From the NCBI RefSeq assembly GCF_036321535.1, contig NC_087436.1:79114001-79178000 (forward strand): DNA of 64,000 nucleotides. Direction: 5' to 3'. The translations under genes and the position numbers were made by a program. This document shows positions 28,615 through 41,679 of this stretch, in pieces (the stretch's first letter is position 1; every line of letters starts with the position of its first letter). Under the pieces are notes generated by a model. The model had not been told where the DNA came from and ran no database searches. It worked only from the letters and a program-made list of their open reading frames with translations. The DNA comes from Camelus dromedarius. Taxonomy: Eukaryota.

Positions 28615-31270
28615 TAGGTGACTACCAGTTTCAGCTCCAACATGTAAAGAGCTGAAGTCATCACTCAATTCTCACAACAAGAAAAAGGCTGAACACACTG
28701 AAAAATCATGCCTTGTCTTAGATCCATCACAGAATTGAGGTCACAAGGCAAACCACCACTCCTAAAACTGGAGAGACAGGCAAATAGATTTAGAATAGAG
28801 ATCAGCTTACCAGGAGCAGACCTCCTTGAACCAATAACTGATATACACAGTGAAATGGTAACTTTGGCAAAATACTGGAGGCTGACTGTAGACTAGGTGG
28901 ACAGTTAAAACCCCCTGAGGGCCCACTCTTAGGGGAACCCCTACACTTTCTAGGATTTACCTCCAGGAACACCATCAGGTTCTCATGATTAAGATCAGGG
29001 ATCCTCTTGTATTTCAGGCAGCCGGGGAGGAAAAAGGAACTGTTCTGAAATACACCTAGATCATTTTCCGTGATAAAGTCCTGTCCTCTAAAGGAAGTTA
29101 CCAGAGCCTTATCTGATCTGGGGAAAAGCCAGTTAGAACATTTCAGCCCTCTTTAGTCTTCTTGTATCATGGGAGAAGAGAAAAAAAAAAAGGATAAGAA
29201 ACACTTCTGATGTCACAGCCCAGGGACTTGGGCCAAATAAAAAACAGATTTAATTGTAAGATTATTGAATGCTTACCAAGTACCCTTCCACCACAACAAC
29301 AGAGTTCCAGTACGGTATCGGTGCGGTGGATTATGACTGAGAGATCCAAGACTGACTGTTTAAGAAAGAATTCTTAGGGGAACACAACACAACAGGGAAG
29401 AAGACACAGCAAGGAAAACGGAGGAGAGAAGCCTCTGTCATTTACAGCTACAGAAAACATTAAGTGCTGCCTGGCTTCTACCGAAATTACCCTAAAATCT
29501 TATATTAAAAGCCTAATTGCCTCAGTTCATATTTCCTGAAACATCACATCTGGCCTTCAACCGAAAAATTACAAGGGATGATAAAAGCCAGAAAAAACAC
29601 AATTTGAAGAGGCAAATCAAGCGTAAGAACCAAATTCAGATATGGCAGCGATGTTGGAATTCTCAGAACAGCAATTTAAAACAGCTATGATTAATTTGCT
29701 AAGGGCTCTAATGGAAAAGGTAGACAACATGCAAGAACAGATGAATAATGTAAGCAGAGAGATTAAACTTAAGAATTAAAAGGAAATGCTAGAGGGAAGG
29801 AAATTTAGAGAGCAGGAAAATGGTATAGGTTAGAAACTCAGATCTACATAAAGGAAGGAAGAGCTTCAGAGATGAAATAGTGAAGGTAAAATACTTTCTT
29901 TTTCTTATTTTCAATTGGTCTAATAGATTAATTTTGTTTGTAGTAATAATAGCAACAGTTTTTGGATGATTATAGCACATGGATAAGTGAAATAAATGAC
30001 GATGATGGAAGGAAGGAATTGGGAGTATTCTAGGAATACACTGTTGCACTACCCATGAAACAGTATAGTGTTATTTGAATATGGACTTAATTGTAATTAA
30101 GATTAATTGTAAATGTATACTGAAAACTCTAGGGCAACTACTATAAAATTTTAAAAAAGGAAATATAATTGATATGCTAAGAGGACAGAAAATGGAATCG
30201 TAAAATGCTCAATTAAAAACAGAGCATCAACAACAGAGTGTCAAAATACATGAGGCAAAAATTGATAGAACTACAAGGAGAGATAGATGAATCCACTATT
30301 GTACCCGGAGACTTTGACACCCTTTGTCAGCAATGGACAGATTCAGATTGGTAAGGACACAGATGAACTCAACAGTATTGTCAATCAGCAGGATCTAATT
30401 GATGTTTCTAAACCCCTTCATCCAACAGTAACAGAACACAGTCTTCTCAAGCTCATGTAGAACATTCACCAAGGTAGACCACATCCTGGACCATAAAACA
30501 CATTGAAAAGAATAGAAATCATAAAATGTTTGCTCTCTGACCACAATGAAATGAAACTAGAAGTAACAGAAAGATACTGGAAAATCCCCAAATACTTGGA
30601 GCTTAAACAACATAGTTCTGAAGAAAGGATGGGTCAAAGAAGAAATCTCAAAAGAAATTTTAAAATATTTTGAACCAGATGAAAATGAAAATACAACTTA
30701 ACCAAAATCTGTGAGATACAGTGAAAACTGCATATAGTAGAAAAGAAGAAAGATCTAAAATCAATAATCTTAGCTTTCATGTAAAGAAGCTTGAAAAACA
30801 AATCCAAAGTAGGTAGAAGAGAAGAAATAATAAAAATTAGAGTAGTTTAGAGCATAAATTAGTGAAACTGAAAACAAGAAGTTGATAAAATCAGTGAAAT
30901 CAAAATCTGGTACTTTGAAAATTTCAATAAAATTTGTAAGTAGCCAAGCTAAGATAAAAAGGGAAGGTACAAATTACTAATATTAAAAACGAAAGGAGCC
31001 TTCACTACAGATCTCATAAAGAGTAGAAGGATTATAAAGGGTATTATTAAACATTGCACAGGAAGTCCTAGGTAATGCAGTAAGACCAGGAAAGGAAATT
31101 AAACTTACATAGATTGGGAAGGAAGAAATAAAGCTGTCCTTGTTCATAGTTGACATGATTATCTATGTAGAAAATCCCAAGGAATCAGAAAAAAAAATCC
31201 TGGACAAAAATTGATTGCTTTTCTATACATATATAACAATGAACAGTCGGGATTTGAAATTGTTTTTAAA
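28615..31270 (+). mobile_element. Old, degraded LINE-1 (L1M-type; ORF1/ORF2 remnants) just downstream of COPS4
   Basis: A-rich strand with L1 ORF2-like stretches (acattcaccaaggtagaccacatcctggaccataaaaca; gacatgattatctatgtagaaaatcccaagga). Confidence 0.75.
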
Positions 31271-31329
31271 AAGTATGTGTGTTGAAAGCAGGGAAAATAA
31301 GGAATTTTGAGAGTGAAAAATGTCAGAAT

Positions 31330-32280
31330 AGGCTAAAGAGGTAAATTGAGGTTACATTGTGAAGGACCAAAGAAAATTTTTTAGAATGTTTACAATTTAC
31401 TCATGACAAGCAGTGTATAGGATGGATTGGAGAGAATGCAGTGGAAACGAGTTACTAGAGGCAGAGAAACTAGTTCAGGAGCTATGAATGTGGTTCTCCA
31501 AAGGCATAATGAGGGCTTGGACTATATCTGTGGCAATGGGAAGAAAGAGGCGAGGACAGATTAATTCATTCAAAAAGTAATTTGAAGATGTATCTGCCAG
31601 GTGTCAGGCATTGTTCTAGGCACTGCAGATACAGCAACAAACAGATCACCCACTAGGGGTATCAAGTGGAGTTTAAGGGACAGAAGTTGGTGTCTGGTTA
31701 GATGTGAGGAGAAGGGAGTAGGGTGTGATGAGACAATTCAGATTTCATTGATACCTAGATATATCACCTTGAACAACTGAGTGGTGGTATCGTTTGATCT
31801 GTTAGGTAGAGAAGGTATAGGGGTCATCCAGACTGACTTGTCTAGTAGGCAAACGAAGGGACATTCTGAAGATTAATAGCAAGGGAGAAACTAGAAATAC
31901 AGTCCTCCTTGGCACATAGAAAGCATTTGAAGCCATGGGAGTAGATGACACTAAGAAGAACATGAGGTGTGAAAGGAGTGGACTCAGAATAGAACCTTGC
32001 AAAGCATCTACACCTAGAAGGCAAGTAAACGAAGGCTCAAAGTGCTCTACTTTGTTGAGTGCCTATTAAGTTCCAGGAGCTTTTACATTTTATTTCATTG
32101 AAATTTCACGGTGTACTTAAAGTGAAATATCTGCTTACAGCAGGTAGTTCCCCCACCACCCCCATTCCAACAAATGAAATGGATTCAGAAGTGTATGTAG
32201 GAGGAGAGTGAAAGGAAATTAGGAAGTGAGACTTTCATCAGGGCAAAATGTTGCAGAGGATCAAATAGGATAAGAAGTAT
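31330..32280 (-). mobile_element. LINE-2 fragments with a short MIR-like piece
   Basis: ttcattcaaaaagta...ggcattgttctaggcactgcagatacagca; tttgaagccatgggagtagatg. Confidence 0.55.
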
Positions 32281-32669
32281 GCAAAAACATATTGCTTCAC
32301 ACATGTATCCATCACTAAGCAAAATTGAGTCATTAAATTTGAGAATTGAATTTTTATTACTTGGTCTGATGCTTCATATTTAAAAGAGAAAAAAAATCAA
32401 TAACATAATAACAAAACCATCAGATGTGCAGTTGGGAAACAGAGCACAGTGCATTGTTTCTTTGTCAGCATTAGCAGTGTTCATAGATAACATGAAAAAG
32501 AGCAACCGTGTTGGCTGAAGGTATCTTAAGTGTCTTAGAATAGTTATCTGTGGTCTTTCTTTCTCTCTCTTAAACTTCTTAGATGAAAGAGAGCTGAGTT
32601 GCTGTGAACCAAAATCTCCTATTAGGAAACCAAACTATGAGAACAAAATTATGAGACTGACCCTTGAAG

Positions 32670-33037
32670 TTCAGTAATAACATAAAGACATTTTATTGAA
32701 AGCAAAGAAGCATAAAGAATTGAGTTAGTAAAATATTTTATTTGATTGATATTTTAAATGTAATACAAAATTTATAAGCCAGAAAATTTAATAGCAAGGA
32801 GAAACCAAGCTGGATCATTTAGCATAACTAAAGGACAGTATTCCTGTAAAAGAAACCAAAGTTCTATTTTTTTAACCCCACTGATTGTGATTAAACATAT
32901 CAATTATACTTCAGTTGCAAGAGTGGAGAAACATGCAAGCTGAAGAGGTGTGGAGCTGATTTTAGCTGCTTCAGTAAGAGCTCTTCAACAGGTCAAGAGA
33001 TACCACAGGAAAAAGGATTTTAAAAAAAGCTCTTCAC
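32670..33037 (-). other. PLAC8: PLAC8 terminal non-coding (3'UTR) exon
   Basis: Acceptor tgtcccttatag|GTGAAGAGC; downstream sequence (ctcttactgaagcagc...cacctcttcagcttg...ttgcaactgaa) resembles the human PLAC8 3'UTR as recalled; minus-strand AATAAA at 32737-32742 and 32692-32697. Confidence 0.8.
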
Positions 33038-33089
33038 CTATAAGGGACACACAAAAAATAGGGTTAAATTTCCTCAGGCGACTTTTTTA

Positions 33090-33970
33090 TTTTTAATAAA
33101 GTTTTAATTTTAGAATCATTTTAGATTTATAGAAAAGTTGCAAAGATTGTACAGAGAGTTCCCATATACCCTGCACCAATTTCTATACTAGTTAACATCT
33201 TACTTTAGTAGGTTTATCACAACTAATGAACCAATATCGATAGATTATTTTTAATCTAAGCCGATCCTTTATTTACATTCCTCAGTTTTTACCTCATTTC
33301 CTTTTGCTGTTCCGGGATCACATCCAGATAGCATATTACCTTTAGTCACCATGTTTCCTTAGGCTCCTCCAAACTGTGATAGTTTCTCAGACCTTACTTA
33401 TTTTCAACGACCTTGACAGTTTTGAGGAGTATGGGTTACATATTTTGTAGAATGGACCTCAATTTTTGTTTGTGTAATGTTTTGCTCCTGGTGAGACTGG
33501 AGTTGTGGGGTTTTGCGAGGACGATCACAGAGGTGATGCGTCAATTCATCACATCATTTCAGGGGTACTTGCTCTCAAGGACACCACCGATGATGTTGAC
33601 TTTGATGTTAGTTGCCTGAGGTAGTTTTGTGGGGTTTCTCCACCATGAGGTTACTCTTTCCCTTGCCCTTTGCATATTACACTCTTTGAAAGGCAGTTGC
33701 TCTGCAAACCCACACTTAAGGGGTGGGGAATTACACTCCATCTCCTTGAGGGAGGCGTAACTACATAAATTATTTGGAATCCTGTACTCCTGGGAGATTT
33801 GTCTATTCTCCTCCATTTATGTATTTAATCAGGTATTTATATCAGTATGGACTTACAGATATTTATTTTATAATCTGAGTTGATTTTAACCCAATACTAC
33901 CTTATTTTGTTGCTCAGATTGTTCCAGTTTTGGCTACTGGGAACTTTTTCAGTTGGTACCTCTATCTCTT
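33090..33970 (-). mobile_element. Old L1MC-like 3' end
   Basis: tttagatttatagaaaagttgcaaagat...cccacacttaaggggtggggaatta...gctcagattgttccagttttggc. Confidence 0.75.
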
Positions 33971-35345
33971 TGTCTTAATCTTTTTTTTTTTTAAATTTTA
34001 ACATAAACCACGTTATGCTTTGATCTTGGTCTCTTGATTCTCCTGTTTCAGATATTTGAGGATTTATTTGGGGATCTAAAGCTCTGCTGTCAGTGAATAA
34101 TGCAGGGTCTGAGTTGATGAGCAGGCCTTAGGGTCACCAAGGTATTTTACTTCAAACCAGTTCAGAAATCAATAAGGTAATTTTCTCAAGGTTAAAAAAA
34201 AAGAAGCTCCAATGCCAAGATTTGTTATTATGTATGTGTGAGTAGATCTTTTATCCAAATTGTCTCATGTGATTATTTAAATAAACAATGTTGAAATGGT
34301 GTACGGCCACATCTTTACTTCTGACCTCATCCTGTCCAGTCTGTTTGAGTATGTCACTATCAGATTAATTTTCTACAGTATAGCTCTGCATATGTTACTC
34401 CCTTACTTAAAGCCTGCAGGAACTCCCCAATGCTCACCAGATAAAAGGCCAAGTCATCAGCCTAGTATCTACTACATGATACGCCACGGCCCCAGCTCAC
34501 TTTTAGAAAGCTTTCACTTCTCATTCTTTTCCTACCTGGACCATCTGTTCCTACCAGATTTGAACTAAGCTCACACAGATGTTTCCCCCTTTTCTGGCTT
34601 CTGTAGTTCACTAATGTTGCTGATAAGAAGTAAAACTCACTTCTATTTATTCAAATCACACCTTGCATCAGAAATCTCCTGTTTGCCCCATCCAATCCAT
34701 TTCTACCCTTGTCCGCACTGCCTGGTGCCCTGGGAGGCTGACCTGTGGAGGCCAGGAATGCTGTCCTGCCTTCTGCCTTCTTGATAGTTTCAACTGGTGG
34801 GAAGCCCAGAAGAACATCAGAAAGAAAGGTTCTTTTTTGGAGGGGTGAGGAGAGGTAATTAAGTTTGTTTGTTTGTTTGTTTTACTTCTTTAACTGAAGT
34901 ATAGTCAGTTTACAATGTTGTGTCAATTTCTGGTGTACAGCATAATGCTTCAGTCATACAGACATATATTCCTTTTCATATTCTAATTGATTGTAGGTTA
35001 CTACAAGATACTGAATATAGTTCCCTGTGCTATACAGTATAAACTTGTTGTGTACCTAGTTTATACATAGTAGTTAGTATCTGCAAATTTTGAACTCCCA
35101 ATTTATCCCTTCCTACCCTCTTACCCCTCTGGTAACCATAAGTTTGTTCTCTATGTTTGAATCTGTTTCTGTTTTGTAAATAAGTTCATTTGTGTCTTTT
35201 TTTTAAGATTCCACATATAAAAGATATCCTATGGTATTTTTCTTTCTCTTTCTGGCTTACTTCACTTAGAATGACAACCTCCAGTTCTATCCATGTTGTT
35301 GCAAGTGCATTATTTTATTATTTTTTATAGCTGAGTAATATTCCT

Positions 35346-35348
<3 letters not shown>

Positions 35349-35386
<38 letters not shown>
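35349..35386. repeat. (TG)19 microsatellite within L1
   Basis: Read directly. Confidence 0.95.
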
Positions 35387-35388
<2 letters not shown>

Positions 35389-35687
35389 TCACATCTTCTT
35401 TATCCAGTCATCTGTCAGTGGACATTTAGTTTGTTTCCATGTCTTGGCTGTTGTAAATAGTGCTGCTGTGAACACTAGGATGCATGTGTTTTTCCAATTA
35501 TAGTTTTCTCCAGATATATGCCCAGAAATGGGATTGCTGGATCATAGAGTAAGTCTATTTTTAGTTTTTTAAGGAACCTCTATACTGTCCTCCATAGTGG
35601 CTGCACCAATTTACATTCCGAACAACAGTGTAGGAGGATCCTTTTTCTCCACACCTTCCCCAGCATTTATTATTTGTAGACTTTTTT

Positions 35688-35832
35688 TGTTAAAATTTTG
35701 TTTTTGTTTTTGTTTTTGTTTTTTTTTGAGGGGGGAGGTAATTAGGTTTATTTGTTTTTTAATGGAGGTACTGGGGATTGAACTCAGGCCCTCATGCCTG
35801 CTAGGCATGTGCTCTATCACTATACCCTCCCC
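35688..35832 (-). mobile_element. tRNA-derived SINE nested in LINE-1
   Basis: Same body; interrupts L1 ORF2; TSD-like gacttttt. Confidence 0.85.
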
Positions 35833-36413
35833 ACTATGGACTTTTTAATGATGGCCATTCTAACTGGTGTGAGGTGATACTTCATTGTAGCTCTGATTTG
35901 CACTTCTCTGATAATTAGCAATGTCGAGCATCCTTTCATGTGCCTGTTGACCATCTGGATGTCTTCTTTGGAGAGATGTTTATTTAGATCTTCTGTCCTA
36001 AAATTTTTATTGGGTTTCTTGTTTTTTAAATTAGGCTGTAAGAGTTGTTTGTATATTTTGGAAATTAGTCCCTTGTCGGTCACATCATTTGCATATATTT
36101 TCTCCCATTCTGTAGGTTGTCTTTTCATTTTGCTGCTGGTATCCTTAGCTATGCAAAAGCTCTTAAGTTTAATTAGGTCCCATTTGTTTATTTTTGCTTT
36201 TATTCCCATTACTCTAGGACCTGGTTTGGGAGAAATATTGCTGTGATTTATGTCAAAGCAAGCTAGTCCAGCTATCTTATTCATAAAAAGAAATCAAAAT
36301 CAATTTTTATATTAAGATAACATATAAGAGACTTAAAGAATTGTTGTAATATAAAAAGCTTGTAATTATATTTCTAAGCACTCACAGATTTTGGGACCTA
36401 CCATTAATTTTTT

Positions 36414-36518
36414 TCAGAAAGTATGCATGGCTCTCCTTCTGTTGATGTCTCTCTTGATTTGGCAAAGAGAACATTGAGGACAGAAAAGGGTCACCATGAA
36501 GTCATCACAAATGGATCC
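36414..36518 (-). CDS. PLAC8: PLAC8 third coding exon to stop (exon continues 12 nt to 36402)
   Basis: Minus strand: aaacag|GGA TCC ATT...ACT TTC TGA aaaaaattaatg|gtaggt; encodes GSICDDFMVTLFCPQCSLCQIKRDINRRRAMHTF*. Confidence 0.95.
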   Translation of the reverse strand, partial: GSICDDFMVTLFCPQCSLCQIKRDINRRRAMHTF

Positions 36519-38307
36519 CTGTTTGAAAATATAAAAGAAATAGAAATATAAAATCCACCTATTTGGAAATTAAAACTTGTGGATTTTCAAGACATTTTGA
36601 AGAGAAGCAAAAGGCATTGACCCCTTGAATTCAGAGCTTGAATGGGTACATTTAGGGAAATGTTTGTTGATTTCTCCATGTAACTCTTGTCTCTTTTTAT
36701 GACATCAAATGTTTTCCTATACTTTGTGATATTGACAATAAAAGACAGTATCATCAAAGCATAAATATGAAGGTAAAATAAAGAGTATTAGGAAGTAAAA
36801 TCTCAAAATTCTTTTCTCCCACATGCTTCCTCTAGGAAGCTACCACGCCCAAAACGAAGGAGCAGACCAAGAAAGAAGAGGATACGAGATATAAGAAACG
36901 GAGCCTAACCTGGGAGAGAGGTTAATGGCATCTCCAGGCCGTGATGAAGGAGATCCCAGGGTGCAAGCAAAGCACCGGGAGGAAAGAGCAACTAGTTCAA
37001 GGGTAGCAGGTCAGGGAGTGATGTCATCAGGAAGACGAAATTGATAGACTGTCGGATGTGTTGAATGTTCTGGGACGAGATTTGGAAAACTGGGAAAGGT
37101 TTTGGGGTTGACTTACTGCTAAGTAAATGGAAAACTAATGAAAAAGCTGGGAGTTATTAATACTACGAAAAACAAAGTTTGGTAGAAAAAGCATAGTTCA
37201 TTACATGACTCAACTCTGAAGAGCAAACATAAGTGCCCTAATATAAATACTGAATATGGATTTAACCACAATTATATGTAACTATATTGGAAGAAGTGAG
37301 GCAGGGGTCAGGTGCGTGTCTGTAGTGAGGAAAGGGGAGAAGACAACTAAAATCTCATCTTCCACAGTGGGAGGTACATAGACAAGGCCCCAGAATGAAA
37401 AGTCAAAAAGTAGCAATAGCAATACAAGACTATGATTTTGGGGAAACACCCAAAGACCAGCTCTAGGGAAGAAGAAGTAGTGAAGAGAAATTTGGGCACT
37501 ATAATTTTTCTTAACAAACTTTGTGAAGTAGATAATTTGAAAAACTATGTGCTTGAAGAACTTTGTTAAATAAAATGAAAGCCGTACTAGAAAGCAGGGA
37601 CGGGGCAATTCATTGAGCCAGAAATCTTGAGCAATTTTTGAAAAATGTGAAGCAGAGGGGTTACACTGAGGGAGAAAGTAAAACAGAGCTAAGGAACATG
37701 AAACCTAACAGAGTCAGGGGCAGGGCATTAGATAAACCGCAAACCAAACACCTAGAGCTCAGAAAAGAGGAAGAAGAGGCTGGGAAACGAGAGACGAGAG
37801 GTTAATTGAAGCCAGCTTGAGTGGCTGGGCCAGCCCAGAGCTGCCAGCTGAGGCTTTCCCTCGGGGCACCGCCTGCAGATCAGTTTAACAGAGGACCCTA
37901 GTGTGGGCTTAGGGGCCATGGAGAGAAGAGGGGCGAGATAAGTGGGCAGTTATTCACCTATCTCATAAGAGGTCAGACTCCCTAAGATGCACCACAAACA
38001 CACTGAAAGAATTAATAAAAGGTAAAGACATTTTAGTACAGCTGAGAAGTCTAAATCACTCCCACCATGAGACAGCCAAACTGTTTCCTGTTTGGTATTC
38101 ACTGGACGCTGTTTTTCCTTCTTCTTCTTTTTTGCTGAGTAGATCTTTCCTGGTTCCTTTTGTTCCCTTTAGTAGTTTTCGATGTTCCACAACTAATTTT
38201 TATCCAGTTAGTAATGACCTCCCCTTAAATTTTTACCCACAACTTGACATTATATTTATCTTGAGTTTCATCCAAGTTGTTGTGTATATCAGTGGTTTAT
38301 TCCTTGT

Positions 38308-38311
<4 letters not shown>

Positions 38312-38338
<27 letters not shown>

Positions 38339-38561
38339 TTTTTTTTTAATCGAAGCATAGTCAGAGAACAATGTGTCAATTTCTGGTGTACAGCACAATA
38401 CTTCAGTCATATAGGAACATACATGTATTCATTTTCATATTCTTTTTCACCATAAGCTACTACAAGATATTGAACATAGTTCCCTGTGCTATACAGTATA
38501 AACTTGTTTATCTATTTTATGTGTATTAGTTTGTATCTGCAAATCTAGAACTCCTAAATTC
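38312..38561 (-). mobile_element. Short LINE-1 3' fragment with 13-bp TSD, nested in an older L1 (~38260-38960)
   Basis: TSD ATTCCTTGTTATT at 38299-38311 and 38562-38574; body similar to 34895-35110. Confidence 0.8.
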
Positions 38562-40662
38562 ATTCCTTGTTATTGCTGACTAGTATTCCATTATATGGAT
38601 ATATCACAATTTGTTTATCCAGTCGCCCACTAGGGGACGTTTGGGTTGTTTTTAGTTCTGGCTATTACAAGCAAAACTGCTCTGAACATTTGCAAGTCTT
38701 GTTATGGATATGTATTTCCTTGGGTAAGTATCTAGGAGCAGAATGACTGGGCCAAATGGTAGGTATATGTTTCACTTTTTAAGAAACTGATTTTACATTC
38801 CCACCAGCAGTACATGAGAGTTTCAGTTCCTCCATATCTGCTAACACCTGGTGTGGTTTAGCCTGATTAATTTTAGCATCCAAATAGGCGCGTAGTGGTA
38901 TCTCCTTGTGGCTTTAATTTGCATTTCTCTAATGACTGATGATGCTGAACATCTTTTTATGTGGTTAATAACCATTCAAATATTTTATTTTTTTCTAATT
39001 TTTTTTTTGTGTTAAAAATACTTAACATCAAATCAACCCTCTTAACACATGGTAACTTGTACACAACACAACAACTTGGATGAATCTCAAAATATGCATA
39101 CTGGGTGAAAGAAGCTACACAAAATAGTATGCACTGTACAGGTCTATTACATAAAATGGTAGCCAATGAAAACTGATCTATACTGACAGAAAGCGTGTTG
39201 AGTTACTTAGGGAAGAGAGAAGAGGAAGAAGGAAGGATTACAAAGGGGTGTGACTGAACTTTTGGGGGTGATGAATATGTGCATCATTTTGACTGTGAGG
39301 TTGGTTTCACAGGTACATTCATAGTCTAAACTTATCAAATTGTACACTTTAAATATATGCGGTTTATTGTAGTCTATTATACTTCAATAAGATTCTTTTT
39401 TAAAAAGTTATATTTACCAATCAATGCCAGACCAACAAAGTCTTTAGGGTATATTTGCTTCTTCCTCTTTCTTCTAATCTTCCAAATTTTGTTAAAATCA
39501 ACTAGAGTTCTAGTTTCAGACTGTTACTGATTTTTCAAACTCCCAGGGAGCATTTTAAAAAGTTGGTCATGTACTAAGCCTTTAAAAAATTTGCTAAAGT
39601 CCATGTTAAATAGTCATAGCATAATAAATAAAGCATTCCAACAAACCGATAAGAAAAGGCAAACAACCCAATAAAACAATGAACAAAGTGTATGTACAGA
39701 TAATTTACAGAAGTGCAAAAGGACAGTAAATTTTCAAAAAGTTGCTTGATCTATCTAATAAAAATTTAGTTAAAGCAAGAAAGAAATATCATTTTTGCCT
39801 CTCTGATGGACAAAATGGAAAAAAAATATTGGCACACATATAATTTTAATGAATTATAAATTGGTATAATCTTTTTGGAGGAGTATTTGACAGTATCTTT
39901 CAAATTTTGAATGTGCATACCCTGTGATTTATCAATCTAATGTAGTACACTAGCCTACAAAAATACCAGTGCATGTACAAATCATATATGGACAACTATT
40001 TAAAATGCAATATTATTTAACTTTCCACCAATAAGGAAGTGATTAAATAAATTATCTATATGATGGAATACTATGTAGACATTAAAAAGAATCTGTATTA
40101 CAGACATAAAAGGGGCCTACCATATATTAAGTAGAAAAAAGAAAACAGATTATAGTATAATATCAACCAATTTAAAAAAATTTATTGAAGTACTGTCAGT
40201 TACAAGGTGTCAATTTCTGGTGTACAGCACAATGTCTCAGTCATGCATATACATACATATATTCATCTTCATATTCTTTTGTATGACCCCATTTTAAAAA
40301 GTAAAAACAAAACAAATAAAAGAGCCTTGCAAACCCCAAACCCCAAACCCCACGTGTCTAGATCTGTAGCTATAGCCACATCTAATTTATATTCAGATGC
40401 CTTATAGGCATAGGAGAAAAACCCTGAAGGATAGCAATGCACACCGATGATTAACAGGGTTTATCACTGAGTAGTGGCATTGTGTGTAAAGGAGTCATAT
40501 TTTCACTTTTTGTTTTATATATTTCTGTGTTTGAATTTGTCATAAAATTACCTATATGTTTATTATTTTTTATAGTTAAGAAATACATCTTTTAACTGAA
40601 AAAATAAAATAATTTCAATGGAATAAAATAAGTTCCTATAATATTCTATTTCATTTGTTCCT

Positions 40663-41064
40663 TGTGGTGGTTAGTTTTATGTGTCAACTTAGCTAGGCCA
40701 TGGTACCCAGATATTCAAGCAAACACTATTCTAGATGTTTCTGTGAAGGTAATATTTTAGATGAGATTAACATTTACATCGGCAGACTTACAGTAACCAT
40801 CTGTAATGTGGGTGGGCCTTGTCTAATTCGTTGAAGGCCTTAATAGAAAAAGATTGACCTCCCCTGAGCAAGAAGGAATTCTGCCAGCAGGCTGCCTTTG
40901 GACTCTGCAACTCTTCCCAGCCTGTCAGCCTATCCTGCTGTTTTGGACTTGCTAGCCCCCACAATAATATGAGCAAATTCCTTGACATCTCTTTCTCTCT
41001 CTATTTATCTATATCCATGTCATCTATATCTCCTTTTCGTTCTGTTTCTGGAGAGCACTAATAT
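40663..41064 (+). mobile_element. ERVL LTR (MLT2-like)
   Basis: tgtggtggttagttttatgtgtcaactt...tttagatgagattaacattt...tctgtttctggaga. Confidence 0.8.
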
Positions 41065-41094
41065 CTTCTCCTATTACATAAAGTGAAGCTTATG

Positions 41095-41300
41095 GTATAA
41101 TGGAATATGCAGGCGTGGAAAGTTGGAGTTGAATACTGACTCCCTTTACTCTAGTGCGTATCTTTGCCTGAGTTACTTGACCTTCTCAAACTTTAAAGTC
41201 CTCATCTGGCAAATGTGGGGACCTACTTACTTTATAGGGATAATGTAAAGATTAAGTGATGTAACATAGGTAATGTACCTGAGCCATAGTAGGCTCTGAA
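41095..41300 (+). mobile_element. MIR SINE
   Basis: gagttgaatactgactc...agttacttgaccttctc...ctcatctggcaaatg...aagattaagtga. Confidence 0.6.
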
Positions 41301-41554
41301 CAATCCTCTCCCGTTGTATGATATACATGGCAAATATGAGACGTTTATTCTCTAGGGTTTTCACAGATACATGGAAGGCAGTCACATAATCAGAGGATCT
41401 ATTGCTACAATAATGGAATACAAGGTTGCACAAGCTAGGAAGCGCCTACAGATCCAATCCAGATGGTGGATACCATCAAAGGGCCTCCATGTTTATAGCA
41501 ATTATTTTGAATGTGGGTGCGGATTTGAATGACACAGTATTGTAAGAGACTCAC

Positions 41555-41679
41555 CGGGATGCCGTATCGAGTCCGATAGAGGGTCCTCATGGCGACACTT
41601 GTTCCACACAGACAGCATTCGTTCATGTCAGATGCAACTTGAATCGCAAGGCACGTGAAGCAAAACGTGCCACAGAGAC
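41555..41679 (-). CDS. PLAC8: PLAC8 second coding exon (125 nt)
   Basis: Minus strand: gttcag|GT CTC TGT...ATC CCG|gtgagt; encodes (C)LCGTFCFTCLAIQVASDMNECCLCGTSVAMRTLYRTRYGIP. Confidence 0.96.

Larger units (their letters stand above)
34885..36255 (-). mobile_element. 5'-truncated LINE-1 (end of ORF2 plus 3'UTR) in the last PLAC8 intron
   Basis: ORF 35820-36284 (-) contains [17 protein letters not shown]...QPTEWEKI...[13 protein letters not shown]; closely similar to 60450-61260. Confidence 0.9.
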
